Positions 1 to 15,240 of a stretch of 64,000 nt of DNA are shown here, piece after piece; position 1 is the first letter of the stretch, and every line of letters begins with the position of its first letter. The notes under the pieces were generated by a model that had not been told where the DNA came from, made no database searches, and was given only the letters and a program-made list of their open reading frames with translations. The position numbers and the translations under genes are program-made. Source of the stretch: Octopus vulgaris (taxonomy: Eukaryota); NCBI GenBank assembly GCA_951406725.2, contig OX597822.1, positions 8,928,001 through 8,992,000 of the forward strand, read 5' to 3'.

Positions 1-584
1 AATATCGATTCATAATCCTTGCTACCACCATCACCATCATCATCATCGTCGTCGTCGTCGTCATCATCATCATCATCATCATCGCAGCAACCCAGGTATC
101 AGGTGTGATGTTATCCTCATCATCGCCATATCATCATGGTCGTCGTCGTCATCATCATCATCATCATCATTATTATCAGCCTCATTATCATAACTTTCAT
201 CTTTTCGTTGAATCTTTTCCAAAATAATTCCTTTGTTTATATTTAGAGGTATCTGATTTCGCATTGATAATTATTTCAACATTTTTTTTTGAATCGTTTC
301 TTTTAAATCTTTTTTTCTGCATTCTGCAAGTGCAAAGATTTCCAGACGTTCAATAGTTTGTTTTAAAATATTCTATTAGATTAAAACAGGCGCTTTCAAA
401 ATAATTGATATGGGCTTCCATTTCAAAATATTTCGTTATCAATCTCTCATGACTGTGCTTAATATTACAGCGATGTTCTACATGTATATTAGCATAAGGA
501 ATATCATACACACACACGCGCACACACACACACGCACACACACATACACACACACACACATATATATATATATCTATGTATATT

Positions 585-770
585 CTTTAATCCTTTTTTG
601 TTTCAGTCATTTGACTGCGGCCATGCTGGAGCACCGCTTTTAGTCGAACAAATTGAACCCAGGACTTATGCTATCGGTTTCTTTTGCCGAACCGCTAAGT
701 TCCGGAGACGTAAGCACAACAACATCGGTTGTCAAGCGATGGTGTGGGAAAAAAATACACACACACACAC

Positions 771-818
<48 letters not shown>

Positions 819-1058
819 AGAGAGAGAGAGAGAAAGAGAAAGAGAGAAACTAAATAAAAGAAACCTGTCGTATATATATATATATATATATATATACGAC
901 AGGTTTCTTTCAGTTTATGTCTACCAAACCCACTAATAAGACTTCGATCAGCCCAAAGCTATAGTAGAAAACACGTTCCCAAGGTGCCACGCTGGGAGGC
1001 TGCATCCGGAACCATGTGGTTGTTAAGCAAGCTATTTACTATAAAACCACTCCTGCTG
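585..1058 (-). mobile_element. tRNA-derived SINE, family A (degenerate copy, internal TA/GA expansion)
   Basis: Colinear with copies at 7420-7832, 21044-21455 and 24449-24836 (cagtcatttgactgcggccatgctggagcacc...ccaaggtgccacgc...ggaaccatgtggttg); tRNA-like head on the minus strand. Confidence 0.85.
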
Positions 1059-1562
1059 CACTAGCTATATGTGTGTGTGTGCATGTGTGTATATATGTAT
1101 TATGTGTGTATGTATGCATGCATGTATGTATGTACAGTATATGTCACAGAACCTCCAAAATCTAGAAGCAATTAAGTATTATTTTAACATAAGATTACCA
1201 ATGAACAAAATGAAGTGATATTAATATATGTAACAATACGGAAAAGAAACCGCCATAACCCACAATCCCTTTAATAAGTTCAACAATACAAGAATGAAAG
1301 GCATCTCACAATAACGATACTCCAAGATATAATGATTCGTAGACATGAATATCAAACCAATAAGCTGTGTGAGGGATGTCGCTATGGTTTCGACACCTTA
1401 GCAATACCATTCAATTTAAAAGTGCCAACAACATTAAAAAGATAAATGCTGTCTGGCAATAAATAGACAAGTAACAGGCACGAAATATTAGCATAATATA
1501 TCCACTACACCTATATTTTATTACAAAACATTCGTTGAATATAAACAATATCCTATTAAACC

Positions 1563-2510
1563 TACGAGGTTTGCTTGAAAAGTCTATAGGCTTACTATGA
1601 AGAAGAGATGCTATACCTGTGAAATCTTGCATGCATGAATTGTAACTTTTCTTGTTAATAACAGACATTTAACTGTTCAAAGAAGACTTCAAAAGCAACT
1701 GGTGTCGATCTCTTTTGAAAATGGAAAATTTTTCGTATTGTGATGCAGAAAAAGGGTCCAACCGTCAAGGATATTCTGGCTACATTAAGAGATGACGCCA
1801 CAGCTTTATCAACAGCGTGAATTGGGTAGCTGAATTTAGAATGGTAAGGGAGAATGTTGAAGGTGACCCAAGAACTGGACGTCCTGCAACTCCCACCACC
1901 GAGGGGAACATTCATCATTTTCACCACATAGTGATGGGTGACAGGTAACTGACTATGGTTCAAATACGCAAAGCTATTAGCATATCCTGTGAGGGAGTTG
2001 AGAATATTCTGCACAATGAAGTTGACATGGCAAAGGTTTGTGCTCGGTGAGTTTCACGTCTTTTGATACCTGAGCAAAGGTGCACCAGACTCATCACACC
2101 ACGGGAAAATTTGGTTTTGTTTGAAGCAGAACCGGCTGATTTTCTTGTACGTTTCCTAAGCCAGGACGAGTATTGTCTTCATCACATTGATCCAGAGACA
2201 AAGAGGCACTTCATGCAGTGGAAACACCTGCCTCACCTGATCAAAGTAGGCCAAGATCGTATTATCTGCAGGGAAGGTGATGGCCTCAGTTTTTGAGATG
2301 CAAAATGCATTGTGTTTATTGAGTATCTTCAAAAGTGTCGCACCATCAATTGAGAATCCTGTGCCAACTTACTGAGGTGGTTACAAAAGGTTATCAAGAC
2401 CAAACACCCATGAAAAATGACAAAAGGATTCTTGTTTCATCTGGACAATGCTCCAGGCCACAGATCCTAAGTTTCAATGGCTGTTGAGCGTGACTGTGGC
2501 GTTGAACTAT
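1563..2510 (+). pseudogene. Degenerate mariner (Tc1/mariner) transposase with left end
   Basis: Starts TACGAGG. Broken frames give WVAEFR..EGDPRTGRPAT, VCAR*VSRLL (WVPRLL motif), SQDEYCLHHIDPETKRHFMQW, GKVMASVF*DAK and FHLDNAPGH; several stops and frameshifts. Confidence 0.9.
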
Positions 2511-2539
2511 TTATTTATTTATTTTAATATATTTATTTT

Positions 2540-2640
2540 AATGTTTTGGCTGGGAGAAAGAGAACTGAGGATATTGTTTTGAATCCGCTGGTTTGAAGAA
2601 GTCAGTTTCAATTTCAGTATCTTTTTTTTGTTTAAGATGT
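2540..2640 (-). pseudogene. Small Penelope-like RT fragment
   Basis: IETDFFKPADSKQYPQFSFSQPKH resembles IETDIYYKPTDSKQYLPFNSCHPRH in the PLE ORF at 56165-57520. Confidence 0.6.
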
Positions 2641-3348
2641 TCAGGAAGTATAGTTGCTTGTGACTGTATTCCATTGTGAATTAGATACTGTGGTAAATGC
2701 TGTTGATTAAGTAAATCCTGAGAGTTGTTCAAGTTTGTGTGGCCACAGAATGAGTAAGTATTTTCGGAAGTTGTCTCCAAATTTCAGTCTGGCGTACTCG
2801 TATATTTGGACTTCCAAGTATGCCATGACAAGATTAGCAAAGGTACATTTAAAAAAGTTGATCAACAGTTTTTTTTTATATTATTGATTGTTATGAACAT
2901 TTAAACTTATCAACATTAAAATTTTAAACATGTTTTTCTAATTCATAATTCTAAATTTGTCTGTTATGAACATTTAAACTCTTCAACATTGAAACTTTAA
3001 GCAGTTTTTTCTAATTCCTAATTCTAAATTTTTACCAATGATAATTTAAAAAAAATGTTGAAACTAGTTTGGTATATATGCAAATAAATTTATTTTAAAA
3101 CAATTACAAGTTTTTCAAATTTAGGTGCATTTTCAACAACAAGTTTTCCTATATATATATATAGTGTACATTTAAACACATAAGAGGTATCCATCATAGG
3201 ATTCCTTGCACGCTAGAGAGGACAGTTAAATTCCAAACCACTATTAGGGATAAAATTTCGAAGGAAATGTAAAATAAAAACATTTACACTCTTAGTTCTG
3301 GATAAATGGCAATATAAATTTAAAATATTTCTGATTACCCTTTGATAT

Positions 3349-3380
<32 letters not shown>

Positions 3381-3385
3381 TATAA

Positions 3386-3436
<51 letters not shown>

Positions 3437-3742
3437 CAGATATACATATACATATCGAAACAGTAATTATCCCTCTTCCAATCCATTAATGCAATTTTAA
3501 TTAATATGCGAAGCAGCTTGAACGAATAATATCTGTGAATCGCGAATGTATCTTTGAATCATTATTTTTCAATGAGTATCTAGTTGAAAACGTTGAGATC
3601 TATAATACAAAGCTGTAAAACAACATTAGACATGTATATAAATGCCGTGTGCACGCACACACGCACTCACGGACAGATACTCACACTCTCTCTTTCTTTT
3701 TCTATATGTATGTACGTATGCATGGTTCTATTCTATACATAC

Positions 3743-3774
<32 letters not shown>

Positions 3775-4056
3775 TTGAGATAATTTTTGATCAATAGATA
3801 TTATCTCAGGAATGCATAACTCTTATACCCATGCGTGTTTCTGTCATATTTGTTTCTTTGTACAGATTAGTAACTGGAATGTAAAGCTAAAAAAAGAAAA
3901 GCAATATATGAACTGATATTATGCTGTAATGTAATTATAGTTGTTATAATTTAACTTCATTACGTACACTTTGAAGTGTCTATTTTGTATTATTGTGTTC
4001 ATATTATTGAAATTATTAATTTATGCTATAGCTCATTAATTTTACAGTTAGGCCAC

Positions 4057-4690
4057 GATGACAAGAAAGAAAGTCTAGGTAATGCCGTGGTTCCTAGAAT
4101 TTGCTTTTATTCTCTTGCTTAGTAATGAGACAATACTTATACGACTTCTACGTATAAAGACATCTCGAAATGTTGCACTGAAGCCTCCGAAGATGAAAGA
4201 TCTCTTTGTGAGAATGCATTCAGATAGAAATCAAAGATTGTCTATATTTTAAAACTTCCAATTTTAATAACTTCTCCCAAGACACCATCTCATGCTGTCT
4301 CTTCAAATATATCCTGTAGCATAGGAAAAAGGGTATGTCATGCATTACTGGAGGGCATTTTATTATACCAACCGTTAAGGAAATCTTCGAAACCATTTTG
4401 AAGGACTCTGAATCTATTTGTGACGTTATTCCTTTGAAGAATGATAAATCCCACTTCTATATAGAGTAGACAGCACAAGATGTTGAAGAAGAGGTGACTC
4501 TGAATCTATTTGTAACGTTATTCTTTTCAAGAATGATAAAGTCCAATTCTGTGTAGAGAATACAGCAAAAGATGTTGAAGAAGAGGTATCTTCAGAAATT
4601 CAGTAGTGCAATTTCAGTAGTGCAATTTCTCCATCCCTCTAGGACGAGAGAATATTTGAAAGTTCTACTATTCTTGAAGTATATAATGTA
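4057..4690 (+). pseudogene. Degenerate hAT (Charlie/Buster-like) transposase N-terminal fragment with a ~91-bp internal tandem duplication
   Basis: Broken translation contains ALKPPKMKDLFVRMHSD and FIIPTVKEIFETIL..VIPLKND..AQDVEEE, resembling Charlie-type MKPSxL..H and LILPA..IPLSNxTVxRRI..AxD motifs; 4405-4495 is repeated at 4496-4587. Confidence 0.7.
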
Positions 4691-5641
4691 TTATAGTATA
4701 TAATAAAGATCCACAGCTTCCAAATTGTCTGAAGAAGCAATACATTTTGGTCGTAGTCCTTGGTAATCCTGCCGTTGTTTTAAACATTGCTGTTGCTGTT
4801 AACGTCTTCTTGTTTGTTCTTTGTTTATTACGTCCGTTAGTATTATTGCTATTGCTGTTACTGTTGTAGCTAGAGGTATTTTGCTGCGGCGGCTATCAAA
4901 GTCCTTGTTGCCACTTTTGCACTTATTGTTGATTTTTCGGTGATTTTATGATGATTCTGTTTTCAATGTTGTTTTCTTTAGTACTACTGATATTGTTACC
5001 GTTGTGTTCGTTTCTTTTTTATAGCTGTTGTTTTGGCGCAGATTTATTTATTACTTCGTTGTTATTTGACTCGCCTATCAACGCCAATTTCGGTCCAACA
5101 CCGAAACCATCCCATCTTTTTATTGGTATCTATGACAAAAGTATCTACTGCATATTTTCCTTATATATCACCATAGTGTCTGATGTTAAAATATATTTTA
5201 CTGTTTCATATTTAGGTGATCGAAGATCAAATAGAAACTCCCGCAGTGGCTCATGCTCTTAATATTTTTGTTGATATTTTTGAGGTTAGCATTGTTTCGT
5301 CGAAATGTATGCTGATCTAGACGATGCTGTGTTCTGATGTTCTTATCGTTCGAGTTAAGTAATTTATGATTCGTTTGCTGTAACCATATAAATATAGACG
5401 CGTACTGAACATGTCACAGATGGTGCTCATTAGAGAGAAGCACAGCCAAGTTTTAATCCAAAATAGGGAATATTTCTCTCTTAAATCTCTGTTGTCGTCA
5501 TTACTTTCTTGTTGTAGTTGTCCTTGTTTGCTCTTTGTATTTCGTTGCTTTATCTTTATTCTAGTTGGTTTTGTCGTATATCGTTATTTTTCACGAGAGC
5601 AGTTATAATGATGTTCTTTCCGTTGTCATCATGCTCATAAA

Positions 5642-6012
5642 TCTCAAATTATAAAGAGAAGTAGATTTCCGTCTGTCTGTCTGTCTGTCCGTCACAACAT
5701 CCATTAAAGGGCGGAGGAAGAAAGAGAGGAATCAAAATAAACGTCACCATGTATTTTTACAAGGGCAGTAGAAAAGGTTATTAAAAGAGAAGCACAGTGT
5801 GAGAGAAAGGGAGAAAGAGAAAGAGAAGAAGAGAGAGTGAGAGCGTGTGTGTGTATGTGCGCGCACATGTATGTATGTATGTGCGTTTGCGTGTGTGTTT
5901 CTGTATGTCTTTCAACATAGAGACAATGAAACACATCCTTTAATGACGTGTTGTTGAGAGAGAAATTCAGTGAGACAGATAGAGAGTGGGAGAAGGTGAG
6001 AGAGAGCATGCG

Positions 6013-6052
<40 letters not shown>

Positions 6053-6250
6053 GGATAATTAAAATTTTTTCAGGAAAATAAAATCAAGTTGTTCTCATTG
6101 AGAGAGGAATACAGAGAGAAAGAGAGAGAGAGGGAGAGAGAGAGAGAGAGTGAGTGTGTGTGAAGGATAATTAAAAATTTTTCAGGAAAATAAAATCAGG
6201 TTGTTCTCATTGAGAGAGGAATACAGAGAGAGGAATACAGAGAGAGAGAA

Positions 6251-6283
<33 letters not shown>

Positions 6284-6453
6284 AAGAGAGAGAGAGCGTG
6301 TGTGTGTGTGTGTGTGTGTGAAAGATAGCCAGATAGGTAATCACCATAGTAACGAAGGAGACTTTCGCAATATAACAATCTATTATTAAAAGATAGAACG
6401 TCCACGATTAACAAATATTTCTACCGGCAGCGTAGCGACGGCTGAAGAACTAG
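5642..6453 (+). mobile_element. Non-autonomous Helitron-like element
   Basis: 5' A|TC start followed by (CTGT)n; subterminal hairpin ccggcagcgtagcgacgg; 3' CTAG|T; internal ~75-bp duplication (6045-6119, 6156-6230). Confidence 0.6.
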
Positions 6454-7419
6454 TATATTCATACCTGAGATGTGTATCCATCTGGCAACAAATCTAATAA
6501 TACCTAATCTAATGTTGCATTTGTCAATCATTCCATGCAACAAGTAATTAGAAATGGAACCTCAAGCAGTGGAGATAATTTGAACCTGACCATGGTGATA
6601 CGAATCTGAATATCTCCACATTCTCTCGATTCCTTCAAGCTTGTTGGAGTTGTACCTGTTTACACATTTTTGGACCTAGGACAGTTATGCTCGTTTAGAT
6701 ATCAGCAATGCTAACCGTGACTATTCCATTTTCTCAAAATATATCCTTAAACTTACTCAAATTCAAAGTGCCATTCCATTGTCTAAGAATGTAAGGAAAT
6801 TTCACGCAAAGGAAATTTGGTTGCTTTTGTAGAGATTAAACAACCGTATTAGCGTGTTTATATCTCAATAGAATTAGCTACCTTCGCTACTGTTTGTGTG
6901 TGGGGGGATGACGTATTTTACAGATGAATGAAAAGTCATTCTAATAACACATAGTTAATCACAATGTGATTTAGCATTCAAATCAATGTTGTTCATCGCA
7001 TATACTATTTATACTATTGCATTTATTGAAAGGGAAAACCGGCTGCTAGAAGTCTATATGAGATCTTATTCCTTCCGGTCTATTTCTCAGTAAGGCCTGA
7101 CAACTATATCCCACATAAATGGCAACTATCGGCAAAAATTTAGTGTCTGAAAAGCGTTTAAAGAAAACTTTGTAGTGAAAATTGGACTCATAATCAACTA
7201 AATATTCACACTTGTTTCTCCGGCGTGAAAGTACCTAATGACTGTTATTAAGTGTAATTATGTAGCGGTTAGTATTGAGGATGAAGTGTTTTCCTTCGCG
7301 TATGCCTCACTATGCATAAGGTTGTTTGGGGACCAGAAATGAGTAAGAAATATCTTTACTGCAGAGGGACTAATTGAACATTCACTTTTGAAAAATATGT
7401 CTGTCTGGTGAATATCAAC

Positions 7420-7832
7420 TCTTTACTCTTTTACTTGTTTCAGTCATTTGACTGCAGCCATGCTGGAGCACCGCCTTTTAGTCGAGCAAATCGACCCCGG
7501 GACTTATTCTTTGTAAGCCCAGTACTTATTCTATCGGTCTCTTTTGCCGAACCGCTAAGTGACGGGGACGTAAACACACCAGCATCGGTTGTCAAGCAAT
7601 GCTAGGGGGACAAACACAGACACACAAACACACACACGCATACATATATATCTATATATACATATATACGACAGGCTTCTTTCAGTTTCCGTCTACCAAA
7701 TCCACTCACAAGGCATTGGTCGGCCCGGGACTATAGCAGAAGACACCTGTCCAAGATGCCACGCAGTGGGACTGAATCCGGAACCATGTGGTTGGCTAGC
7801 ACGCTACTTACCACACAGACACTCCTGCGCCT
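7420..7832 (-). mobile_element. tRNA-derived SINE family A, full length
   Basis: Minus-strand head AGGCGCAGGAGTGTCTGTGTGGTAAGTAGC...GGATTCAGTCCC with A/B-box-like motifs, shared body and (AAGAGTA)-type tail. Confidence 0.9.
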
Positions 7833-8383
7833 AACTTTTCTCAGATCTTTTCTTAACCCACCTCAGATTTACTACCAAGGATAGCTGCGAAATGTATGCA
7901 ACTTTTCATTAATCATTCATTCAAATAGATTCCAATTGATTACTGATATCTATTGATATTTGGGTTTGAGCCAATTGAGAATTCAATATTCTCAATATGG
8001 TTGATATGTCCTGTTCGATTCTTCGCAAATTTGTGCAAATTTTTATCAAAGATTTTACGCACACTTTACCAGTGAAGGTTACTATTACTCTTCTAGCTTT
8101 TACCTTCCTCTCCAAGTGTTCCCTGCAATATGACAAGGGTTTTATGTTTGAGAAGAAATGTTCTGGCATCATTCAACCGTCTCAACCACATTTTGTTTTT
8201 CTATAGGTACAAAGGATATTCTCAGCGGTACCTCTATGTGCAGGGTACATATTATATCCCAGAATGTTCTGGCCTTACGAACTCAACTTTATATCGATTT
8301 CGATATGATACTGTTACAGTAAAGTAGTATGTTCGATGAAAAGAACTTGGCTCCTCCACTCGATATTTCTGAGCTCTTGTCTA

Positions 8384-8972
<589 letters not shown>

Positions 8973-8989
8973 TTTTTTTCTTCATTTTT

Positions 8990-9345
<356 letters not shown>

Positions 9346-9346
9346 A

Positions 9347-9565
9347 AGGCGGAGAGCTGATAGAAACGTTACTATACCTGAGAAAATACTTAGTGGCATT
9401 TCTTCCGTCTTTATGTTCTGAGTTCAAATACCGCCGAGGTCGAATTTACCTTTCGTTCAATCGGAGTCGATGAAATAACTAAGTAGCAGTCGAGTACTGA
9501 GGTCGATGCAATCGACTAACCTCCTCAATCCGAAATTGCTGGCCTTGAGCCAAAACTTGAAACCA
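9347..9565 (+). mobile_element. tRNA-derived SINE family D
   Basis: ggcggagagctga.agaaacgtta...gagttcaaat.ccgccgaggtcga... shared with 35075-35678, 42238-42452 and 50220-50470. Confidence 0.85.
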
Positions 9566-9660
9566 TTATCATCGTCGTCGTCATGATAGTCATAATTATT
9601 TATCATTATTATTATCATCATCATTGTTATTATTATTATTATTATTTTTTTTTTTTTTTT

Positions 9661-10215
9661 GAGTGAGAGAGCAGTTCATGCCATCAAAGTGACACTGGGG
9701 TAAAATATACGAAGCCCAATATACCCATCATGACTACCCGTCTGATAAGGGTACACCAGGCACATGCATCACAACCATATGTGCGCGACATGGTGATCTC
9801 ATATCAAGGTAAACAGCACATGACCTTGCAGGTGGGGCCCAGTTAGAATTTTCTTCAGGTCGAGTAGCCCAACCCGCTCAAACGGTCCCTGAATAAGGGT
9901 TGTTTAAGGATGTTGAAAGAACCACCCAAGTTTCCAGAGGTGAATTATTCAAACCCCAAAGAATCCCTCTCAACACATGGCTATGATACTTCCCCCACTA
10001 CTTCTGCTCATGATCAGAGATGCACATATCGTCAGCCACTAAGGGACATGCTCAACTGGTTAAGGTCAAACAACTGACAAGCAAATCTGTGGTATTGAGC
10101 AGAATATTTGCTGTAGCCCATCTTTTATACCAAGACAAAACAATGTACATGATAACACTTCCAATCAGTTAAGATCAGAAGCCATGAGAGCCACTGCCTG
10201 GTACTGCATCAGGGC
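9661..10215 (-). mobile_element. ~555-bp non-coding interspersed element in (TAA)n, probably a non-autonomous retroposon
   Basis: Complex sequence bounded by (TTA)n on both sides, with a T-run at the left end (A-tail on the minus strand); its left ~100 bp recur almost exactly at 34773-34872, also in (TTA)n. Confidence 0.7.
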
Positions 10216-10282
<67 letters not shown>

Positions 10283-10389
10283 GTTATTATTATTATCATC
10301 ATCACTATTATTATTATTATTATCATTATCATCATCATTATTACTACTATTATTATTATTATTATTATTATCATTATCATCATCATTAA

Positions 10390-10422
<33 letters not shown>

Positions 10423-10529
10423 CATTATTATTATCATTATTATTTCGTCATTATTAAAATTATTAAATGTAATTGCATGATGATCATAATTATAATTATC
10501 ATCATCATCATCACGGTCGTCATCATCAT

Positions 10530-10582
<53 letters not shown>
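10216..10582. repeat. (TTA)/(TCA) microsatellite
   Basis: Directly visible. Confidence 0.95.
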
Positions 10583-10583
<1 letters not shown>

Positions 10584-11073
10584 TGGAATCATTTTGTTAT
10601 TATTTTTGCTTATTTGAGTCTAAGCCAATAACTTACATGACTTTCAAGATAAACAAACAACCAATTGTGTTGTTTTACAAATCTTATTTTGGTTCTTTAA
10701 ACATTTGCAATAAAATTAAAGCAGAATTTATTTACATGAAATTTGGTGAAAAACGAAAACCGGCAGATGTTCAATGAAATAGAATGTAAAATTAAAAGAA
10801 AATATTGTTTGTTTGTAATGTTTTCTCGTCTAATACTTCCTTTCTGTATGATTGGAAATGAATAAAAATGTACCAGAGCTAGACATAGAGCAGAAAGATA
10901 TAAGCAGAGAGATACGAAGCATACCGGAGAAAGAAGAAGGGAATTAAAAGAGATGTTAATAGAGAAAGAGAGGGAGAGAGAGAGGGGTTGAGTGTTTGCT
11001 GTGTGTGTCTATTTCAAAGCAGTGAAAAAGAGAAAGAAACAGAAATATACACACACACACACACACACACTCA

Positions 11074-11106
<33 letters not shown>

Positions 11107-11276
11107 AACACAAACACACACACCCACACATATGCTAGTACATATACATATATGTGTGTGTATGTGTATATGCGTGTGTGTGTTTGTATGTCTGTATGTA
11201 TGTATATACAAATACACACATACATAAATATCGACACGCGTATACATACATACGTACATATATACATATAAACGCA

Positions 11277-11319
<43 letters not shown>

Positions 11320-11348
11320 TTATATATCTACATCTATATATATATGTG

Positions 11349-11379
<31 letters not shown>

Positions 11380-11384
11380 GTATG

Positions 11385-11463
<79 letters not shown>

Positions 11464-13837
11464 ATGTAGATATAGAAATGTATAGATACACATATATATA
11501 CATGCAGAGACGCCCGCCTCGGTACACAGGAAATCAGAAAACACAAGTATCTACATTCTACTTTCTCCTAACATTTCCATACAACCGCCTGTATGAACTT
11601 TGATGGAGTCGACTTAGTCCAGACAATGAAGAGATGTTTTCTAACGTATTTTGATCAGGCTCTTTAGCTTAAAGGAAATCTGTTTGATGCTAGTTTGTAA
11701 ATATTGCTGGAGAATGTAAGAAAATAAACTGGGATGATTCAGGACAGATATGGTTATGTTATTAAGAAGTTTCCTTCTCATCTGCGTGGCTTCGTTTTCT
11801 ATCCCATAGCGTGGTAACATGGAAGGAGTGCAATTAATAATGAAGAGTAGAATTTTCAAATTGCTCTACTAAGGATTTTTTTGCCATATAAATGTACAGC
11901 AGTGTGTAAATGGCGCTGTGGGCTGTATGAAAACGGACTAAGACTATTAGACGTATTCATTGATGTGTCATAAACAAAATCAGTGCTGGCTATAACTATC
12001 TATAGAAAATCTGTAGAGGTAACATTAACAAGTGATTTAAAAGCACTACCAACACAGTAGAACACTGTATTGACCTATAAAAATGTTTAATGTACTTTGT
12101 AGTATATAATGATTGCATAACGAAATACGGTCTCACTACAGATCGTTAATATTAAGAAGTTTGTGTTGAATGTACAGGGTAACTTGTGCTCTCCGTCTGA
12201 ACAGCACCATAAGCCTTAGATATGGGTTACAAAAGCCCTGTAAGTGAAATTCTTTGGAGGAATCCGTGTGAAAAAATGGAAAAAAGGATCGGAAGAACTT
12301 TCCGCCTATTTTACTGTCATCCGTTTTTTTTTACACTGCCACCAACCTGGCCTTCTGTGCCTTTTCCGCGAATCCATTCCGTTCCGCGCAGGCATCTTAT
12401 ACGATACAAGTTATCATATGAGCTGCTTCTTCGTGGAAGACTACCGTGTATTTCGTTGCAAATCACAACCATCATAACTTATTTTTCTTGAAAATACTGT
12501 ATTTTAACTTTCATTATCATTTACTCTTCTCTACTACACTGCGTTTCATTCAAGTCTACCCCCAAAGTAAAATCTATTCATAATTCTTGCCTATTAATTT
12601 GATCTACCTTAAGACAAACAACATCTTCCAATCAATACTAATTGGTAATGATTACCAGAGCCCCTCTCCGAAACGAAATAGAAGTGTGTAAGTAAGCCTT
12701 GAAAAATAATTTTGTATACATTTGGCGGGTATTTGTATTAGAGGTCACAATTTTATTTTTTGCTCATTTTATTTCTGTTTCGCGCGGCTTATTATAAGCA
12801 ACCTTATATTTGACAAGGTCGTTAGCATGGTATAGTACTTTTCTTTATACGCATAAGGATGTTACTTGTTTACCATTCTCGGCTTTATTAGTTAACTCTT
12901 CCCACCGCTTCTCATTAACTATTTCTATAAACTCTTTCTTGCAGAAGGTCAGACGACTATGTTGACCGACTAGCCCTCTCGTCTGCTCTTTTCTTCTTTT
13001 CATTCTTTTTCTGTTCTCTATTTTATTTACTTAATCTCTTTTACTGTTCACCTAGTCACTTCCTTTCCTTTTATTACACCTTCATATCGTTAACCTTTGT
13101 TTATTTCTCCCTACTTTGTCACCTAAATCTCCTTCTTCTCGCAGACTTTAATTCTCTTTGCCAAGGAAACGAGCATACTTCCCCCCGTTTTATTTGTTTC
13201 CCTTCTCCTTCTATATGTCTTCAATAATCACTTCTTTACACACTCTCTTGCTCTTTTATTATCGTATTTCTCGACGCCAATATTTATCTTGAATATTGTC
13301 CTTCCCATAAAACACCTTATTTATTATTCTGAAAATTCTGTTCCATGTTTGCTGCTTGTATATACTCATGTATCAAGATTCGTGTGTGATGATAATATGC
13401 TTTTTAGTCATAGAGATTCATAATGTGCACCTGTTCGCATAACATGCTTTAGAATATCAAGCATCTACCAAATATCTGAAACAGCTGTAAAGGTTTACAC
13501 ACATCCTCTAAATGTATGGTACGTCCCATACAAATGCATTCCTTTTACCTACAGTCGTTTATCCATCTGTACATTTTGATACCTGCTTGAACTTATTCTT
13601 ATTTCAAGCCATCTCATCTGCTTTTAGAGTACCTTACGCTGGTTTTGGATGTCGGAGATTAGTCCCAGCTTTAAATCGGTTCCTGTCAATTTTACACTTA
13701 TGTCAGCAGCATCATACTCACCATATATATATATGTGTCTTTGTGTGTACACGCGCGCGTGTATGAGTGCGCGTACCTCTGTGGGTGTAGTATATATATA
13801 TGTATATGTGTGTGTATTTATATATATATATTATTTA

Positions 13838-14172
13838 ATTCTTTTACTTGTTTCAATCATTTGACTGCGGCCATACTGGAGCACCGCTTTTAGTCGAATA
13901 CATCGACCCCAGGACTTAATCTTTGTAAGCCTAGTACTTATTCTATCGGTCTCTTTTGCTGAACCGCGAATTTACGGAGACGTAACCACACCAATATCAG
14001 TTGTCAAGCGATGGTGGGGACACAAACGCAGACACCCAAGCATATACACAGACACCCAAGCATATACACGACGGGGTTCTTTCAGTTTCCGCCTACCAAA
14101 TCGACTCACAAGGCTTTGGTCGGTTTGAGTTTATAGAAGACGACACTTCCCCAAGGGGCCACACAGTCACTC
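13838..14172 (-). mobile_element. SINE family A, head partly deleted
   Basis: Body matches the other family A copies; part of the tRNA-like head is missing. Confidence 0.85.
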
Positions 14173-15038
14173 CTATATTAATATTTGTGTATGCGAAGTA
14201 ATACATAAGAACAATTTACCGTTCAACAAATGGATTCCCCAATATTTCTTTTAACGGAATACATATTTATTAATGTTCACAAGGAAATGCTTGATAGTGA
14301 CATTGAAATTTCAGCTTGCTCACTTTCACCACACAACCTGAAGATAGTACGCAGACCCAAAGCTTTATGTAGAAAAAGGGAAACGGATTGATAGGTATTT
14401 AGATAGATACATACATATCTACGTAGGCATTTACTGAAACAAATATACATACTTGCTTTTCGTTTAATATTCTGAACTCTTCTTTTCTTTATTTTTGTAT
14501 ATTTGTATAAATTATTTCAAATACTTTCTTAGGATTTTCTACTCTCATTAGGTTTCCAATAACTGTACAAGACAGCTGGAAGTTTATCGATTCAATTTCG
14601 ATTTTACAATTTTCATCTCGTCATAATGAATGGTGGGTGGTAAAGGACGTCTTGTTTGTGGACAAGGGCGATATTGATTAAGATAGTAGTGATGATGATT
14701 ATGAGGAGGAGGACGAGGAGGAGGAGGAGGATGAGGAGGACGACGACGACGACGACGACGAAGAGGATGATGAGGATGACGTTGCCATGATTTGGGAGGG
14801 AACCGTAGGGGAGGCGGTGGCGATGGCACGATAGGGGAGAACGAGGTTGACAAAACACTATTATGAGTTTTGTGTGAATTACTATGATGATAAATTACAG
14901 CGGAAATTACAACATAAGAATTGGAAAATTATAAGAATAGAAAATAATAGATGAGAAAGGAAATCGGGCGAACATACATGTATACATATATACATATATA
15001 CGTACATACATACACAGATAGTCAGACAGAGAGGTACG

Positions 15039-15240
<202 letters not shown>

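Noticed and set aside
2889-3032. ~70-bp diverged tandem duplication; a similar short direct repeat lies at 38025-38085/38250-38310
   Set aside because: Real but ordinary local duplications in AT-rich DNA, with no further signal.
11600-11900. Possible very old RTE-like fragment on the minus strand
   Set aside because: Only a weak resemblance (MRRKLL); not enough motif support.
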